From the NCBI GenBank assembly GCA_041303755.1, contig JBFYON010000035.1, forward strand, positions 1-44,324: a DNA stretch of 44,324 nt, given 5' to 3'. Shown here piece after piece: positions 10,460 to 19,660 of this stretch (position 1 is its first letter; each line of letters begins with the position of its first letter). This stretch comes from Micrococcales bacterium (GTDB taxonomy: Bacteria > Actinomycetota > Actinomycetes > Actinomycetales > Microbacteriaceae). A program made the position numbers and the translations under genes. Under the pieces are notes generated by a model. The model did no database searches, was not told the origin of the DNA, and saw only the letters and a list, made by a program, of their open reading frames with translations.

Positions 10460-11350
10460 TTGAATCCAAAGATTCCTAATGACCCGCTAGCCGAGATGAT
10501 TAGCACCCTTGACCTTAAGTCAATCGCGCGAGGTGCATCAAAGGAAGACCTATTCGAAGGCCAAAGCCAATGGATGCCCCACGGTCGTGTGTTTGGCGGA
10601 CAAGTTTTAGCACAGAGTTTGGTTGCTGCAACTCGAACAATTGATGACCGACCGGTGCACTCTATGCACGGCTACTTTCTTAGGCCAGGCAATATTGAGT
10701 TGCCGGTGACGTACTCAGTTGATCGTCTTCGAGACGGTCGCTCGTTTAGCACCAGAAGAGTGCAAGCATTTCAGAACAATGAACCAATCTTTTCGATGAT
10801 TGCTTCGTTCCAACAAATTGACCCAGGCTTGGAACATCAGGATGATTTTCCAAACGATATTCCCGACCCTGAATCACTGCCCAGTGCTGCAGATTTGATG
10901 GGCGACAACCCACATCCAGTGGCACAGTATTGGTCTAAGGCTCGCCCATTCGACATGCGCCATGTGCCATCATCGATTTACTTTAAAGTCGAGGGTGAGC
11001 CGGTTGCCCACCAAGCGGTTTGGATAAAGTCACTCGGTAGCCTTCCAGATTCTCAGGCATTACACACCGCGGCACTCGCTTATGCCAGCGATTACTCCAT
11101 TCTCGAGAGTATTTATCGACGTCACGGCATAGCTTGGTCGCACCCGGGGCTAAAGTCGGCCAGCCTAGATCACGCCATGTGGTTTCACAGGCCGGCCCGA
11201 GTTGATCAATGGATGCTTTACGTTCAGGAATCACCAAGCGCCCAAGGTGGTCGAGGATTAGCTCTTGGCAAAATATTTAGCAGTCGTGGTGAATTATTGG
11301 CGACTGTTGCCCAAGAAGGCATGGTACGTGTTCCAGAAATGGCAGGATAG
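10460..11350 (+). CDS. tesB: Acyl-CoA thioesterase II
   Basis: GRVFGGQV, VHSMHGYFLRPG, LRDGRSF, ASLDHAMWFH and QEG motifs. Exact start uncertain. Confidence 0.92.
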   Translation: MNPKIPNDPLAEMISTLDLKSIARGASKEDLFEGQSQWMPHGRVFGGQVLAQSLVAATRTIDDRPVHSMHGYFLRPGNIELPVTYSVDRLRDGRSFSTRRVQAFQNNEPIFSMIASFQQIDPGLEHQDDFPNDIPDPESLPSAADLMGDNPHPVAQYWSKARPFDMRHVPSSIYFKVEGEPVAHQAVWIKSLGSLPDSQALHTAALAYASDYSILESIYRRHGIAWSHPGLKSASLDHAMWFHRPARVDQWMLYVQESPSAQGGRGLALGKIFSSRGELLATVAQEGMVRVPEMAG

Positions 11351-11354
11351 AAAA

Positions 11355-12710
11355 ATGATTAATCGCGAAAAGCTTGCAAAATTAAACTCCAGGGAACAGC
11401 AAATATTTTTAGAACGCAACCCAAAATCTAAAGCGGCATTCGAAAACGCCGACCATTTATTTGGCAAAGTACCAATGACCTGGATGAACAAAAAATCTGG
11501 TGGCTTTCCTATTTACCTAGACCGTGCCGTTGGCAACCGAATCTGGGACATAGACGGCAACGAGTACATTGATTTCGCTTTAGGAGACACCGGCGCAATG
11601 GCTGGACACTCCGCCCCAGAAGTTGTAGACGCCATAGTTCATCGAGTTAAGGATCTTGGTGGATTGACCACCATGTTGCCAACTCAAGACGCCGAATGGG
11701 TTGCCAAGAACCTAACTCAGAGGTTTGGTATGGCCAAGTGGAGTTTTGCTTTGACCGCCACTGACGCAAACCGCTGGGCAATTAGATTGGTGCGCGCAAT
11801 TACCGGTAAACCAAAGATTCTTTTTAACGCCTACTGCTACCACGGCTCAGTTGATGAGGCCCTCATTGTTGTTGGCCCTGATGGTGAAGGCATGAGCCGT
11901 CCGGGAAACGTGGGCTCGCCGGTAGATGTTACACACACGTCGCGTGTGGCTGAATTCAACGATCTTGAAGGTCTAGAGCGTCAACTTAAGAATGGTGACG
12001 TAGCTGCAGTGCTCATGGAGCCTGCACTAACAAACATAGGAATTGTTCTTCCAGAGCCTGGATATCTTGAGGGCGTTAGGGAGCTCACCAGAAAATACGA
12101 CGCCCTATTGATCATTGATGAGACTCACACTTTCTCTGCTGGCTACGGCGGCATGACCAAGCGTGATGCACTAGAACCAGACGTGTTCATCATTGGCAAA
12201 GCGATTGCCGGAGGAATACCTACCGGAACTTACGGCTTGAGCACCCACCTCGCTGAAAAGATTTTGAGCCGCACTGACCTTGACCTAGTCGACATGGGTG
12301 GCGTTGGTGGAACTCTTGCAGGTAATCCGCTTCAAGTTGCGGCTATGCGAGCCACTTTAGAGAAAGTACTGACTGAAGATAACTTCAAGTACATGATCGA
12401 CTTGGCAACGGTATTCACAGATGGCGTTAATGAGCTATTTGACAGATACAACCTGCCATGGTCTATTAACCAACTTGGTGCTCGTGCGGAGTACCGCTTT
12501 GCTAAGCCTTATCCAAAAACCGGAACCGATGCGTTCCACGCTGCAGATGCAGAACTTGAAGATTATCTTCACGTTTACCTAGCGAACCGCGGAATCATGT
12601 TGACTCCATTTCACAACATGGCTCTGATGTGCCCAACCACAACGCTCGCTGATGTTGAGAGACACAACGAGGTTTTTGAAGAGGCCATTAAAGAACTAGT
12701 CGCGAGTTAA
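11355..12710 (+). CDS. Class III PLP aminotransferase (GSA-aminomutase-like; substrate unknown)
   Basis: DIDGNEYIDF, YHG, LIIDETH, GKAIAGG and GGTLAGNP. Start set at ATG 11355, just after the tesB stop. Confidence 0.85.
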   Translation: MINREKLAKLNSREQQIFLERNPKSKAAFENADHLFGKVPMTWMNKKSGGFPIYLDRAVGNRIWDIDGNEYIDFALGDTGAMAGHSAPEVVDAIVHRVKDLGGLTTMLPTQDAEWVAKNLTQRFGMAKWSFALTATDANRWAIRLVRAITGKPKILFNAYCYHGSVDEALIVVGPDGEGMSRPGNVGSPVDVTHTSRVAEFNDLEGLERQLKNGDVAAVLMEPALTNIGIVLPEPGYLEGVRELTRKYDALLIIDETHTFSAGYGGMTKRDALEPDVFIIGKAIAGGIPTGTYGLSTHLAEKILSRTDLDLVDMGGVGGTLAGNPLQVAAMRATLEKVLTEDNFKYMIDLATVFTDGVNELFDRYNLPWSINQLGARAEYRFAKPYPKTGTDAFHAADAELEDYLHVYLANRGIMLTPFHNMALMCPTTTLADVERHNEVFEEAIKELVAS

Positions 12711-14378
12711 TCTGCGATAAGTCGAGCGATGCGGTTTTGCAGCATCTGGACCTAGTCGAGCAATCTTGTTTTCTTCATAAGCCTGGAAGTTACCCTCGAA
12801 CCAATACCAGTTGTCTGGGTTGTCGTCGCTGCCTTCGTACGCCAAAATGTGTGAGGCAACTCGGTCCAAGAACCAACGATCGTGTGTAATAACTACAGCG
12901 CATCCGGGGAACTCAAGAAGTGCGTTCTCTAGTGAACCAAGAGTTTCAACATCAAGGTCATTTGTTGGCTCATCAAGAAGCAACAGGTTGCCACCTTCTT
13001 TGAGGGTCAGGGCCAAGTTCAAGCGGTTTCGCTCACCACCAGAAAGAATGCCGGCTGGCTTTTGCTGATCAGGGCCTTTGAAACCGAATGCTGCCACGTA
13101 GGCGCGCGAAGGCATTTCTTGATTTCCGACCTGAATGAAATCAAGTCCACCAGACACTACTTCCCAAAGTGATTTATCGGGGTCGATGCCGCCACGGGAC
13201 TGGTCAACATATGAAATCTTTACAGTTTCACCAATTTTTAGTTCACCGCCATCAAGCTTCTCCAAACCAACAATGGTTTTGAAAAGTGTTGACTTACCTA
13301 CACCGTTTGGACCAATCACGCCCACGATTCCGTTGCGCGGAAGACTAAATGACAAATCGCTAATCAATGATCGGCCATCAAAACCTTTTTGGATGTTCTT
13401 CGCCTCAATGACAATGTCACCTAAGCGAGGGCCCATTGGAATTTGAATTTCTTCAAAATCCAATTTTCTGGTGCGATCAGCCTCGGCGGCCATTTCTTCG
13501 TATCGCGCAAGACGAGCCTTTGATTTTGTTTGGCGCGCCTTTGAAGATGAGCGAACCCAATCAAGTTCTTCGCTCAAACGCTTTGCAAGCTTGGCGTCTT
13601 TCTTTCCGGCAACCTCAAGACGCTCGCGCTTCTTTTCTAGGTAGGTTGAGTAGTTTCCCTCATACGGATATGCACGTCCGCGGTCTAGTTCAAGAATCCA
13701 TTCGGCAACATTGTCTAGGAAATATCTATCGTGAGTGACCGCAAGAACAGCGCCAGGATACTTAGCCAAGTGCTGCTCTAGCCAAAGCACAGACTCCGCG
13801 TCAAGGTGGTTGGTTGGTTCATCGAGTAGCAGTAGGTCTGGCTTCTCGAGCAAAAGCTTGCAGAGTGCAACGCGACGACGCTCTCCACCAGACAAAGATG
13901 TAACTGGAGAATCACTTGGTGGGCAACGAAGAGCATCCATAGCCTGCTCTAGTTGTGAATCTAAATCCCAGGCATCAAGGTGATCAATTTGCTCTTGAAG
14001 CGTTCCCATTTCAGCGAGCAGGGCATCAAAATCTGCATCCGGTTCAGACATGAGAGCTGAAATCTCATTGAAGCGATCTAGTTTTGCCTTGGTTTCTTTA
14101 ACAGCAAGTTCAACGTTCCCCAGGACGGTCAATGACTCGTCTAGTGGTGGCTCCTGCATCAAGATTCCAACAGTGAACTCTGGCCCTAGCCTTGCTTCTC
14201 CATTTGATGGAGAATCTAAGCCAGCCATGATCTTTAGAACGGTTGATTTACCTGCACCATTTGGACCAACGACACCAATCTTGGCGCCTGGGATGAATGC
14301 CAAAGTAACGTCATCAAGAATGACCTTGTCGCCGTGCGCCTTGCGCGCCTTGATCATCTGATAGATGAATTCAGCCAT
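12696..14378 (-). CDS. ettA: Energy-dependent translational throttle protein EttA (ABC-F)
   Basis: MAEFIYQM start, two ABC domains (GPNGAGKST, LSGGERRR, GPNGVGKST, LSGGERNR), no TM segments, and C-terminal WFEGNF...YRRLTR. Confidence 0.95.
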   Translation of the reverse strand: MAEFIYQMIKARKAHGDKVILDDVTLAFIPGAKIGVVGPNGAGKSTVLKIMAGLDSPSNGEARLGPEFTVGILMQEPPLDESLTVLGNVELAVKETKAKLDRFNEISALMSEPDADFDALLAEMGTLQEQIDHLDAWDLDSQLEQAMDALRCPPSDSPVTSLSGGERRRVALCKLLLEKPDLLLLDEPTNHLDAESVLWLEQHLAKYPGAVLAVTHDRYFLDNVAEWILELDRGRAYPYEGNYSTYLEKKRERLEVAGKKDAKLAKRLSEELDWVRSSSKARQTKSKARLARYEEMAAEADRTRKLDFEEIQIPMGPRLGDIVIEAKNIQKGFDGRSLISDLSFSLPRNGIVGVIGPNGVGKSTLFKTIVGLEKLDGGELKIGETVKISYVDQSRGGIDPDKSLWEVVSGGLDFIQVGNQEMPSRAYVAAFGFKGPDQQKPAGILSGGERNRLNLALTLKEGGNLLLLDEPTNDLDVETLGSLENALLEFPGCAVVITHDRWFLDRVASHILAYEGSDDNPDNWYWFEGNFQAYEENKIARLGPDAAKPHRSTYRRLTRD

Positions 14379-14388
14379 GAAAATAAAC

Positions 14389-14599
14389 CACTTTCGGAAT
14401 CTGAAGCACCAGCCTCGAAAGCGTGAGAATGGCACCCTCAGACACTTGGCTTGCTATAGGTAAAGTTTACCCGACCATATTGACCCCGCTGGGGCCTCGA
14501 AATACAAGTAGGCGTCTGAGAGTGCCGGACTTCCCCGTGAAGAGAACGTCCACTGGGTTGCTCAAGTGCTTATGAGGGGGGCACGAAACAACCCAGCAG
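14389..14599 (-). ncRNA. Candidate structured cis-regulatory RNA in the ssb-ettA spacer
   Basis: 15-bp helix 14512-14526/14431-14445 with two G-U pairs on the minus strand; hairpins at 14527-14551 and 14553-14596; alternative helices at 14411-14451 and 14389-14423; no convincing ORF seen. Confidence 0.5.
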
Positions 14600-14601
14600 C
14601 T

Positions 14602-15039
14602 TTACTTCTTTTTAGCGCCTACCAATTCAGAATCAGGCTGTATTTCCTCATTCTCTTGATCAGCAGGATCCTGCTCGCGTACCAAGACTGTGCGAGTAAA
14701 AACGGCGCTGCCCCAAGTTAGGTCGTGGCCGAGTGAATCTGCTTCAACCTCAACGGATGTTCCAGCGCGCTCACCGTTGTCCCAATCGCGGACACGAAGT
14801 TTTCCGGCTACTACCAGCCGGTCACCTTTGTTGATAGAACCAGCGGAATTGATGGCCAGTTGCCTGAAGGCAGTGACGGTAAACCAGTTCGTTTCTCCAT
14901 CAATCCATTTGTTTTGGTTGCGGTCGAATCTTCGCTGAGAAGAGGCCAATCTAAATGAGGTTATTGGCAAGCCATCTTGGGTAACTAGGTGACGAGGAGT
15001 TGTGGCCACTAAACCGGTGACCGAAAGTGTTTCTGACAA
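14602..15039 (-). CDS. ssb: Single-stranded DNA-binding protein (secondary paralog)
   Basis: OB-fold motifs SFRLAS...W.DGETNWFTV...KGDRLVV.GKL. It lacks the C-terminal acidic PF tip and sits upstream of ettA. Confidence 0.9.
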   Translation of the reverse strand: MSETLSVTGLVATTPRHLVTQDGLPITSFRLASSQRRFDRNQNKWIDGETNWFTVTAFRQLAINSAGSINKGDRLVVAGKLRVRDWDNGERAGTSVEVEADSLGHDLTWGSAVFTRTVLVREQDPADQENEEIQPDSELVGAKKK

Positions 15040-15130
15040 TTGATGCCTTTCTCGAAACGTGAAGCCACGGAATGTGGTCTGAATCGAGTTTGCTACTCAA
15101 GGCAAAAAATAAATCTAATGCTAGAAAAAC

Positions 15131-15139
15131 TGTGGATAA
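15131..15139 (-). promoter_or_regulatory. Perfect DnaA box (TTATCCACA)
   Basis: TGTGGATAA on the + strand, intergenic, about 92 bp upstream of the ssb start. Confidence 0.45.
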
Positions 15140-15664
15140 CTAGTTCAGTACGAAATCACTAAAGGCTTTGCGAGCCTTAGCCATTTTTGGCGAAACCACA
15201 GCGTTGCAGTAACCCTGGTTTGGGTTTTTCGCGAAGAAGTCTTGGTGGTATTCCTCACCCATCCAGAAAGTTGTGGCCGGGGTGAGTTCAGTTACCACTC
15301 CACTACCCCAAATTTCTTTGGCGCGTTCAATCGCATTGGCAAATAGTTCTTTTTGGGACTCGTCTTTAAAGAACATCGCAGACCGATACTGGGTACCGAT
15401 GTCGTTACCTTGCCTGTTGAGTTGAGTTGGGTCATGAAGCGTGAAGAAAATATCCAGAATCACGTCAGCTGAAATGATTTGCTCGTCGAAAATAACCTCT
15501 GCCACTTCGGCGTGCCCAGTTGAGCCGCTGCAGACTTCTTCATACCCGGGGTTATCGGTGTTTCCACCCATGTAGCCCACGACCACATCTGAAATTCCCT
15601 TGAATTGCATGTAGGTACTGTCGAGACACCAAAAGCAGCCACCGGCTAACGTAAAACTCATCAT
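15140..15664 (-). CDS. msrA: Peptide-methionine (S)-S-oxide reductase MsrA
   Basis: GGCFW, GHAEV, HDPTQLNRQGNDIGTQYRS and EEYHQ motifs. Confidence 0.96.
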   Translation of the reverse strand: MMSFTLAGGCFWCLDSTYMQFKGISDVVVGYMGGNTDNPGYEEVCSGSTGHAEVAEVIFDEQIISADVILDIFFTLHDPTQLNRQGNDIGTQYRSAMFFKDESQKELFANAIERAKEIWGSGVVTELTPATTFWMGEEYHQDFFAKNPNQGYCNAVVSPKMAKARKAFSDFVLN

Positions 15665-15719
15665 TCCTCTAGCCTAGGCTGGTCATAGCCAACCGTAGGA
15701 CTTTGGCACATGATTAGAA

Positions 15720-16664
15720 ATGAGTTGCGCAGTGAAAGCAAAGAATCCCCTTCTTGGCATCTTGCTGTCTTTTGCCGCCGCGCTGCTTTTTGGACTAAAT
15801 GCCAGCACATCAAAAATTGTGATGTCTACCGGTGTGACTCCAGAGCAAATTGTTTTGTTCAGATCATTCGCCACTGCTCTAATTGCGGGCGTCATAATTC
15901 TGTTCACCAACCCAAGCGCATTTAGGGTGAAACCAGCCGAATGGAAGTTTCTAATTGCATTTGGAGTAATTGGAGTAGCTCTTATGCAGTGGGCCTATTC
16001 AAATGCGGTGAAGTCTCTTCCAGTAGGTATCGCGCTGCTGATTGAATACACGGCCATCATTATCGTTCCAGTGGCTGCACTCGTTTTATTCGGAGAAAAG
16101 CCGCGAAAAAGACTATGGCTTGGGGTTGCGCTGGTTCTAGGTGGGTTAATGGTGGTTTCCAAAATCTGGGATAGTCCACTAAATCCAACTGGCGTATTTT
16201 TTGCATTTGCTGCAGCGATATTTCTAAGCGTCTACTTCATCATGGGCGAAAAAAGCCACCAGACCAGAGATCCAATCTCGACACTTTTCTATACGATGCT
16301 CATTTCAACTGTTTTTTGGATGATTTTCAGCCCGTGGTGGCAATTTGATCTCTCGCTAGCCACTAACTCGCTTGATTTAGGTGGCAATCTTTCGGGAATA
16401 ACGGCACCAGCCTGGCTATTGATTATCTGGATAGGTCTTTTTGGATCTTTCATCCCCATGTTTTTCAGCTTCGTAGCCTTAGGGCATTTGAGCGCCACCG
16501 GCGTCGGCATTATTTCAACTGCCGAAACGGTGTTTGCTTTCCTTTTTGGATATCTGTGGCTTGGTGAAAAGATAGAGGGTCTGCAATTAGCCGGAGGTAT
16601 TTTGGTGGTCGCAGGAATAGTTATAGCTCAGATTTCGAGAGGTAAAGTGCAATGGCAACAATAG
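15720..16664 (+). CDS. EamA/DMT family transporter
   Basis: About 10 TM segments with a two-repeat layout (LLFGEK, YLWLGEK). Start could instead be GTG 15732. Confidence 0.85.
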   Translation: MSCAVKAKNPLLGILLSFAAALLFGLNASTSKIVMSTGVTPEQIVLFRSFATALIAGVIILFTNPSAFRVKPAEWKFLIAFGVIGVALMQWAYSNAVKSLPVGIALLIEYTAIIIVPVAALVLFGEKPRKRLWLGVALVLGGLMVVSKIWDSPLNPTGVFFAFAAAIFLSVYFIMGEKSHQTRDPISTLFYTMLISTVFWMIFSPWWQFDLSLATNSLDLGGNLSGITAPAWLLIIWIGLFGSFIPMFFSFVALGHLSATGVGIISTAETVFAFLFGYLWLGEKIEGLQLAGGILVVAGIVIAQISRGKVQWQQ

Positions 16665-17044
16665 AGTTGGGTGCAGCAAATTTTGGTGACACCGTAGTAG
16701 CTGATGGAATCACCATCGTTGATTTTTGGGCCGCCTGGTGCGGGCCCTGTGTTCAATTCGCTCCGATTTTTGAAAAGGCTTCGGAAACCCACACCGATAT
16801 TCGTTTCGGCAAAGTGGACACCGAGGCTGAACAACAACTTGCCGGTGAGGCAGGCATTACTTCAATTCCAACTCTCATGATTTTTCGAGATGGAATCTTG
16901 CTGTTCAATCAAGCAGGCGCGCTTCCAGGTGCGGCACTAGATGAAATTATTCAAAAAGTTCGTGACTTAGACATGGATGCGATTCGTAAAGAGATTGAAG
17001 CAGCCGGCGGCGAAGTTGGCGATGTCTCTGAACCACAGGCATAA
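16652..17044 (+). CDS. trxA: Thioredoxin
   Basis: VDFWAAWCGPC active site and SIPT motif. Confidence 0.93.
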   Translation: MATIELGAANFGDTVVADGITIVDFWAAWCGPCVQFAPIFEKASETHTDIRFGKVDTEAEQQLAGEAGITSIPTLMIFRDGILLFNQAGALPGAALDEIIQKVRDLDMDAIRKEIEAAGGEVGDVSEPQA

Positions 17045-17047
17045 CTA

Positions 17048-17281
17048 ATGCCAAAAATCCAGAACAACTCCTTGGCGATGGTTGCCACCGTCGCCCTGGT
17101 GGGGGTCCTGGCTTCCTTTATTGGGCTATTTGATCCAAGCACCTGCGCTGATGTTCAAGCTGAGGGTTGGACGTCCTGCGAATCAATTGCCCGCGATCGT
17201 GAAATTGGCTCATGGATACTGTTGGGCGCCTCACTCTTGGGGTTTGGGCTCTCATTTGTGCCCCGCAAATCTCGCAAGTAG
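17048..17281 (+). CDS. Small two-TM hypothetical protein
   Basis: 77-aa ORF exactly filling the gap; two hydrophobic helices around a loop with two Cys; basic tail. Confidence 0.65.
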   Translation: MPKIQNNSLAMVATVALVGVLASFIGLFDPSTCADVQAEGWTSCESIARDREIGSWILLGASLLGFGLSFVPRKSRK

Positions 17282-17290
17282 GCTCAAGGA

Positions 17291-18655
17291 ATGCACAAAG
17301 TCAATGAAGACTCGGTAGTTCTTCGAGAGAAAGTTTTTGCCTACGCAAGGCAACGCTTGGAATACGATCCAGCTCCCCTCGATGGACCACAATCTCCTAA
17401 ATGGCTGCTTGACAATGCGGGTGTCACTATTTCTGAAGCAGGAATGGGTGGCGAACGAGCGCTTGAAATTTTTAGCGAGGTCTTGGCCCCGTCAACAATC
17501 TCAACGGATCACCCAAACTATCTTTCGTTTATTCCGTCGGCGCCAACTGAGGCATCAAAACTATTCGACCTGATTGTTTCTGCATCAGCAATTTATGGCG
17601 GCTCATGGCTTGAAGGCGCTGGTGCAGTATTCGCAGAAAACGAAGTGTTGAGTTGGTTAGCTAAAGAAGTTGGTCTCCCAGCTAGCGCAGGTGGGATTTT
17701 CGTTCAAGGTGGCACACTTGGAAATCTGAGTGCATTGGTTGCGGCACGGCACCATGCTAGAAACAAGCTCCAGGAACAAAACCAAAAACCCCCTACTAAG
17801 TGGAAGTTCATTTGCTCCTCAGAAGCGCATTCCTCACTCAAGGCAGCCGCTGCTGTCATGGACGTAGAGATTATCAAAGCCCAAGCAGACGAAACCGGTC
17901 ACCTTAGAGGCGAGGCAGTAGCGGATGCATTGAAGGCAGCCGGTGAAGGTGTCTTTGCAATCGTGGCGACTGCAGGCACAACCAATTTTGGAATACTCGA
18001 TAACCTAAGCGAAGTCGGCGAAGTCGCAAAAGAAAACGATATTTGGTTTCACGTTGATGGAGCTTACGGTTTAGCCGGAATTCTCTCGGAGGAAAACAAA
18101 CACAAATTTGCTGGCACCAATCTGGCCGACAGTTTCATAGTTGACCCACACAAGTGGTTGTTTGCACCGTTTGATGCGTGCGCATTGGTTTACAGAAACC
18201 CGGAAATCGCTAGGGCTGCACATACCCAGCACGGTGAATACTTAGATGCCCTAACAGATTCGGGCGACTGGAATCCATCTGATTACGCATACAACCTGAC
18301 CCGCAGACCTAGAGGACTTCCGCTCTGGTTCTCGCTTGCAACTCATGGAGTGGCTGCCTATAGGGAAGGTGTGACTCAAAACATCAATCTAGCCACACAA
18401 ATTGCCGATGAGATTCGTTCGCGTGAAGATCTAGAGCTGGTGAGAGAACCTGAGCTATCGGTCGTGGTTTTTACAAAAGTCGGCTGGCAACTAGAAGACT
18501 ACGAACGTTGGTCGAATAAATTGCTCGAGCGCGGTGAGGCATTTGTAGTGCCAAGTTCGCACCAAGGCAAACCAAACGCAAGGTTTGCCATTGTGAATCC
18601 ACGCACCGAATTTAGCTCTTTGGTGGCAATTCTTGACAGCATGAATGAAAAGTAG
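17291..18655 (+). CDS. Group II PLP-dependent amino acid decarboxylase
   Basis: GGTLGN, AHSS, ATAGTT, WFHVDGAYG and the PLP-lysine motif DSFIVDPHKW. Confidence 0.9.
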   Translation: MHKVNEDSVVLREKVFAYARQRLEYDPAPLDGPQSPKWLLDNAGVTISEAGMGGERALEIFSEVLAPSTISTDHPNYLSFIPSAPTEASKLFDLIVSASAIYGGSWLEGAGAVFAENEVLSWLAKEVGLPASAGGIFVQGGTLGNLSALVAARHHARNKLQEQNQKPPTKWKFICSSEAHSSLKAAAAVMDVEIIKAQADETGHLRGEAVADALKAAGEGVFAIVATAGTTNFGILDNLSEVGEVAKENDIWFHVDGAYGLAGILSEENKHKFAGTNLADSFIVDPHKWLFAPFDACALVYRNPEIARAAHTQHGEYLDALTDSGDWNPSDYAYNLTRRPRGLPLWFSLATHGVAAYREGVTQNINLATQIADEIRSREDLELVREPELSVVVFTKVGWQLEDYERWSNKLLERGEAFVVPSSHQGKPNARFAIVNPRTEFSSLVAILDSMNEK

Positions 18656-18661
18656 GAACAA

Positions 18662-19660
18662 GTGAAACTAACTGTGGCTCCCGCAATGAGTCCCCTATCT
18701 CGCGTGAAAGAATCCAAGCGCGCACCTCTTCGCGTTGCCCTTGTGCAAACTCGTTGGCATGAAGATGAAAACGAGCATCTGGCTAAATTGTCAGACGGTA
18801 TCAGGATTGCTGCAGAAAACGGAGCAAAGATTGTTTGTCTTCAAGAACTGACTCTAAGCAGATACCCAGCAGATCAAAAACCAACCGGAACCCCAAACGA
18901 AATAGCTGAATCGCTTGATAGCGGACCTACCTATCGTTTTGCTGCAGAGGCGGCTGCCAAATACAACGTTTACGTGCACGCCTCGCTCTACGAGTTCCAT
19001 GACATGGCGGATGGTCGAGCCCTAAACACCGCAATAATTGTTGGACCTGACGGCTCAATAGTTTCTAGGACTCCTAAGCTTCACATTCCGGTCACCGCTG
19101 GTTACTACGAAGACAAGTACTTTGCCCCAGGACCAGCAGATGGCGAGCCATACCCGGTTTACGACATTGAGTTCGGAAACACCGATGCGCAATTTGGGCT
19201 GCCAACTTGCTGGGATGAATGGTTCCCTGAGGTAGCGAGAAATTACAGCTTGCGCGGTGCGGAGGTTCTGGTTTACCCAACCGCTATTGGTTCGGAGCCA
19301 GACCATCCGGAGTTTGATACAGAGCCGCTGTGGCGTCAGGTCATCGTTGGAAACGCGATTGCAAACGGAACGTTCATGATCGTTCCTAATCGATACGGTA
19401 ACGAAGGCGCCCTTAATTTTTACGGCAGCAGCTTCATATGTGATCCTTACGGCCGAGTTCTTGCAAGAGCAGGTCGAGACACCGACGAGGTGTTAGTTGC
19501 AGATCTTGATCTAGATCAACGCCGGGATTGGCTTGACCTTTTCCCGTTCTTGGCGACTCGACGACCAGACACCTACGACATGCTTACTGAACCAGTGGTA
19601 AATCGCCGAACCGAAAATGGCGATGGCGAAGATGGTGGCATCGCAGGAGTCTCGTACTAA
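18662..19660 (+). CDS. aguB: N-carbamoylputrescine amidase-like nitrilase
   Basis: Nitrilase triad contexts LQEL, KLHIP...GYYE and CWDEWFPE, plus YPTAIGSEP; abuts agmatine deiminase. Confidence 0.8.
   Translation: MKLTVAPAMSPLSRVKESKRAPLRVALVQTRWHEDENEHLAKLSDGIRIAAENGAKIVCLQELTLSRYPADQKPTGTPNEIAESLDSGPTYRFAAEAAAKYNVYVHASLYEFHDMADGRALNTAIIVGPDGSIVSRTPKLHIPVTAGYYEDKYFAPGPADGEPYPVYDIEFGNTDAQFGLPTCWDEWFPEVARNYSLRGAEVLVYPTAIGSEPDHPEFDTEPLWRQVIVGNAIANGTFMIVPNRYGNEGALNFYGSSFICDPYGRVLARAGRDTDEVLVADLDLDQRRDWLDLFPFLATRRPDTYDMLTEPVVNRRTENGDGEDGGIAGVSY

Noticed and set aside
14431-14526. Invertible-promoter reading of the 15-bp inverted repeat flanking TAAACT
   Set aside because: The arms differ at two positions that are both G-U compatible on one strand, which favours RNA structure, and no recombinase is in the window.
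14553-14596. 6C RNA or 6S/Ms1 RNA identity for the structured spacer
   Set aside because: Only one C-rich loop is present, whereas 6C RNA has two, and I could not match the size or architecture to Ms1 or 6S by eye. An Rfam search is needed.
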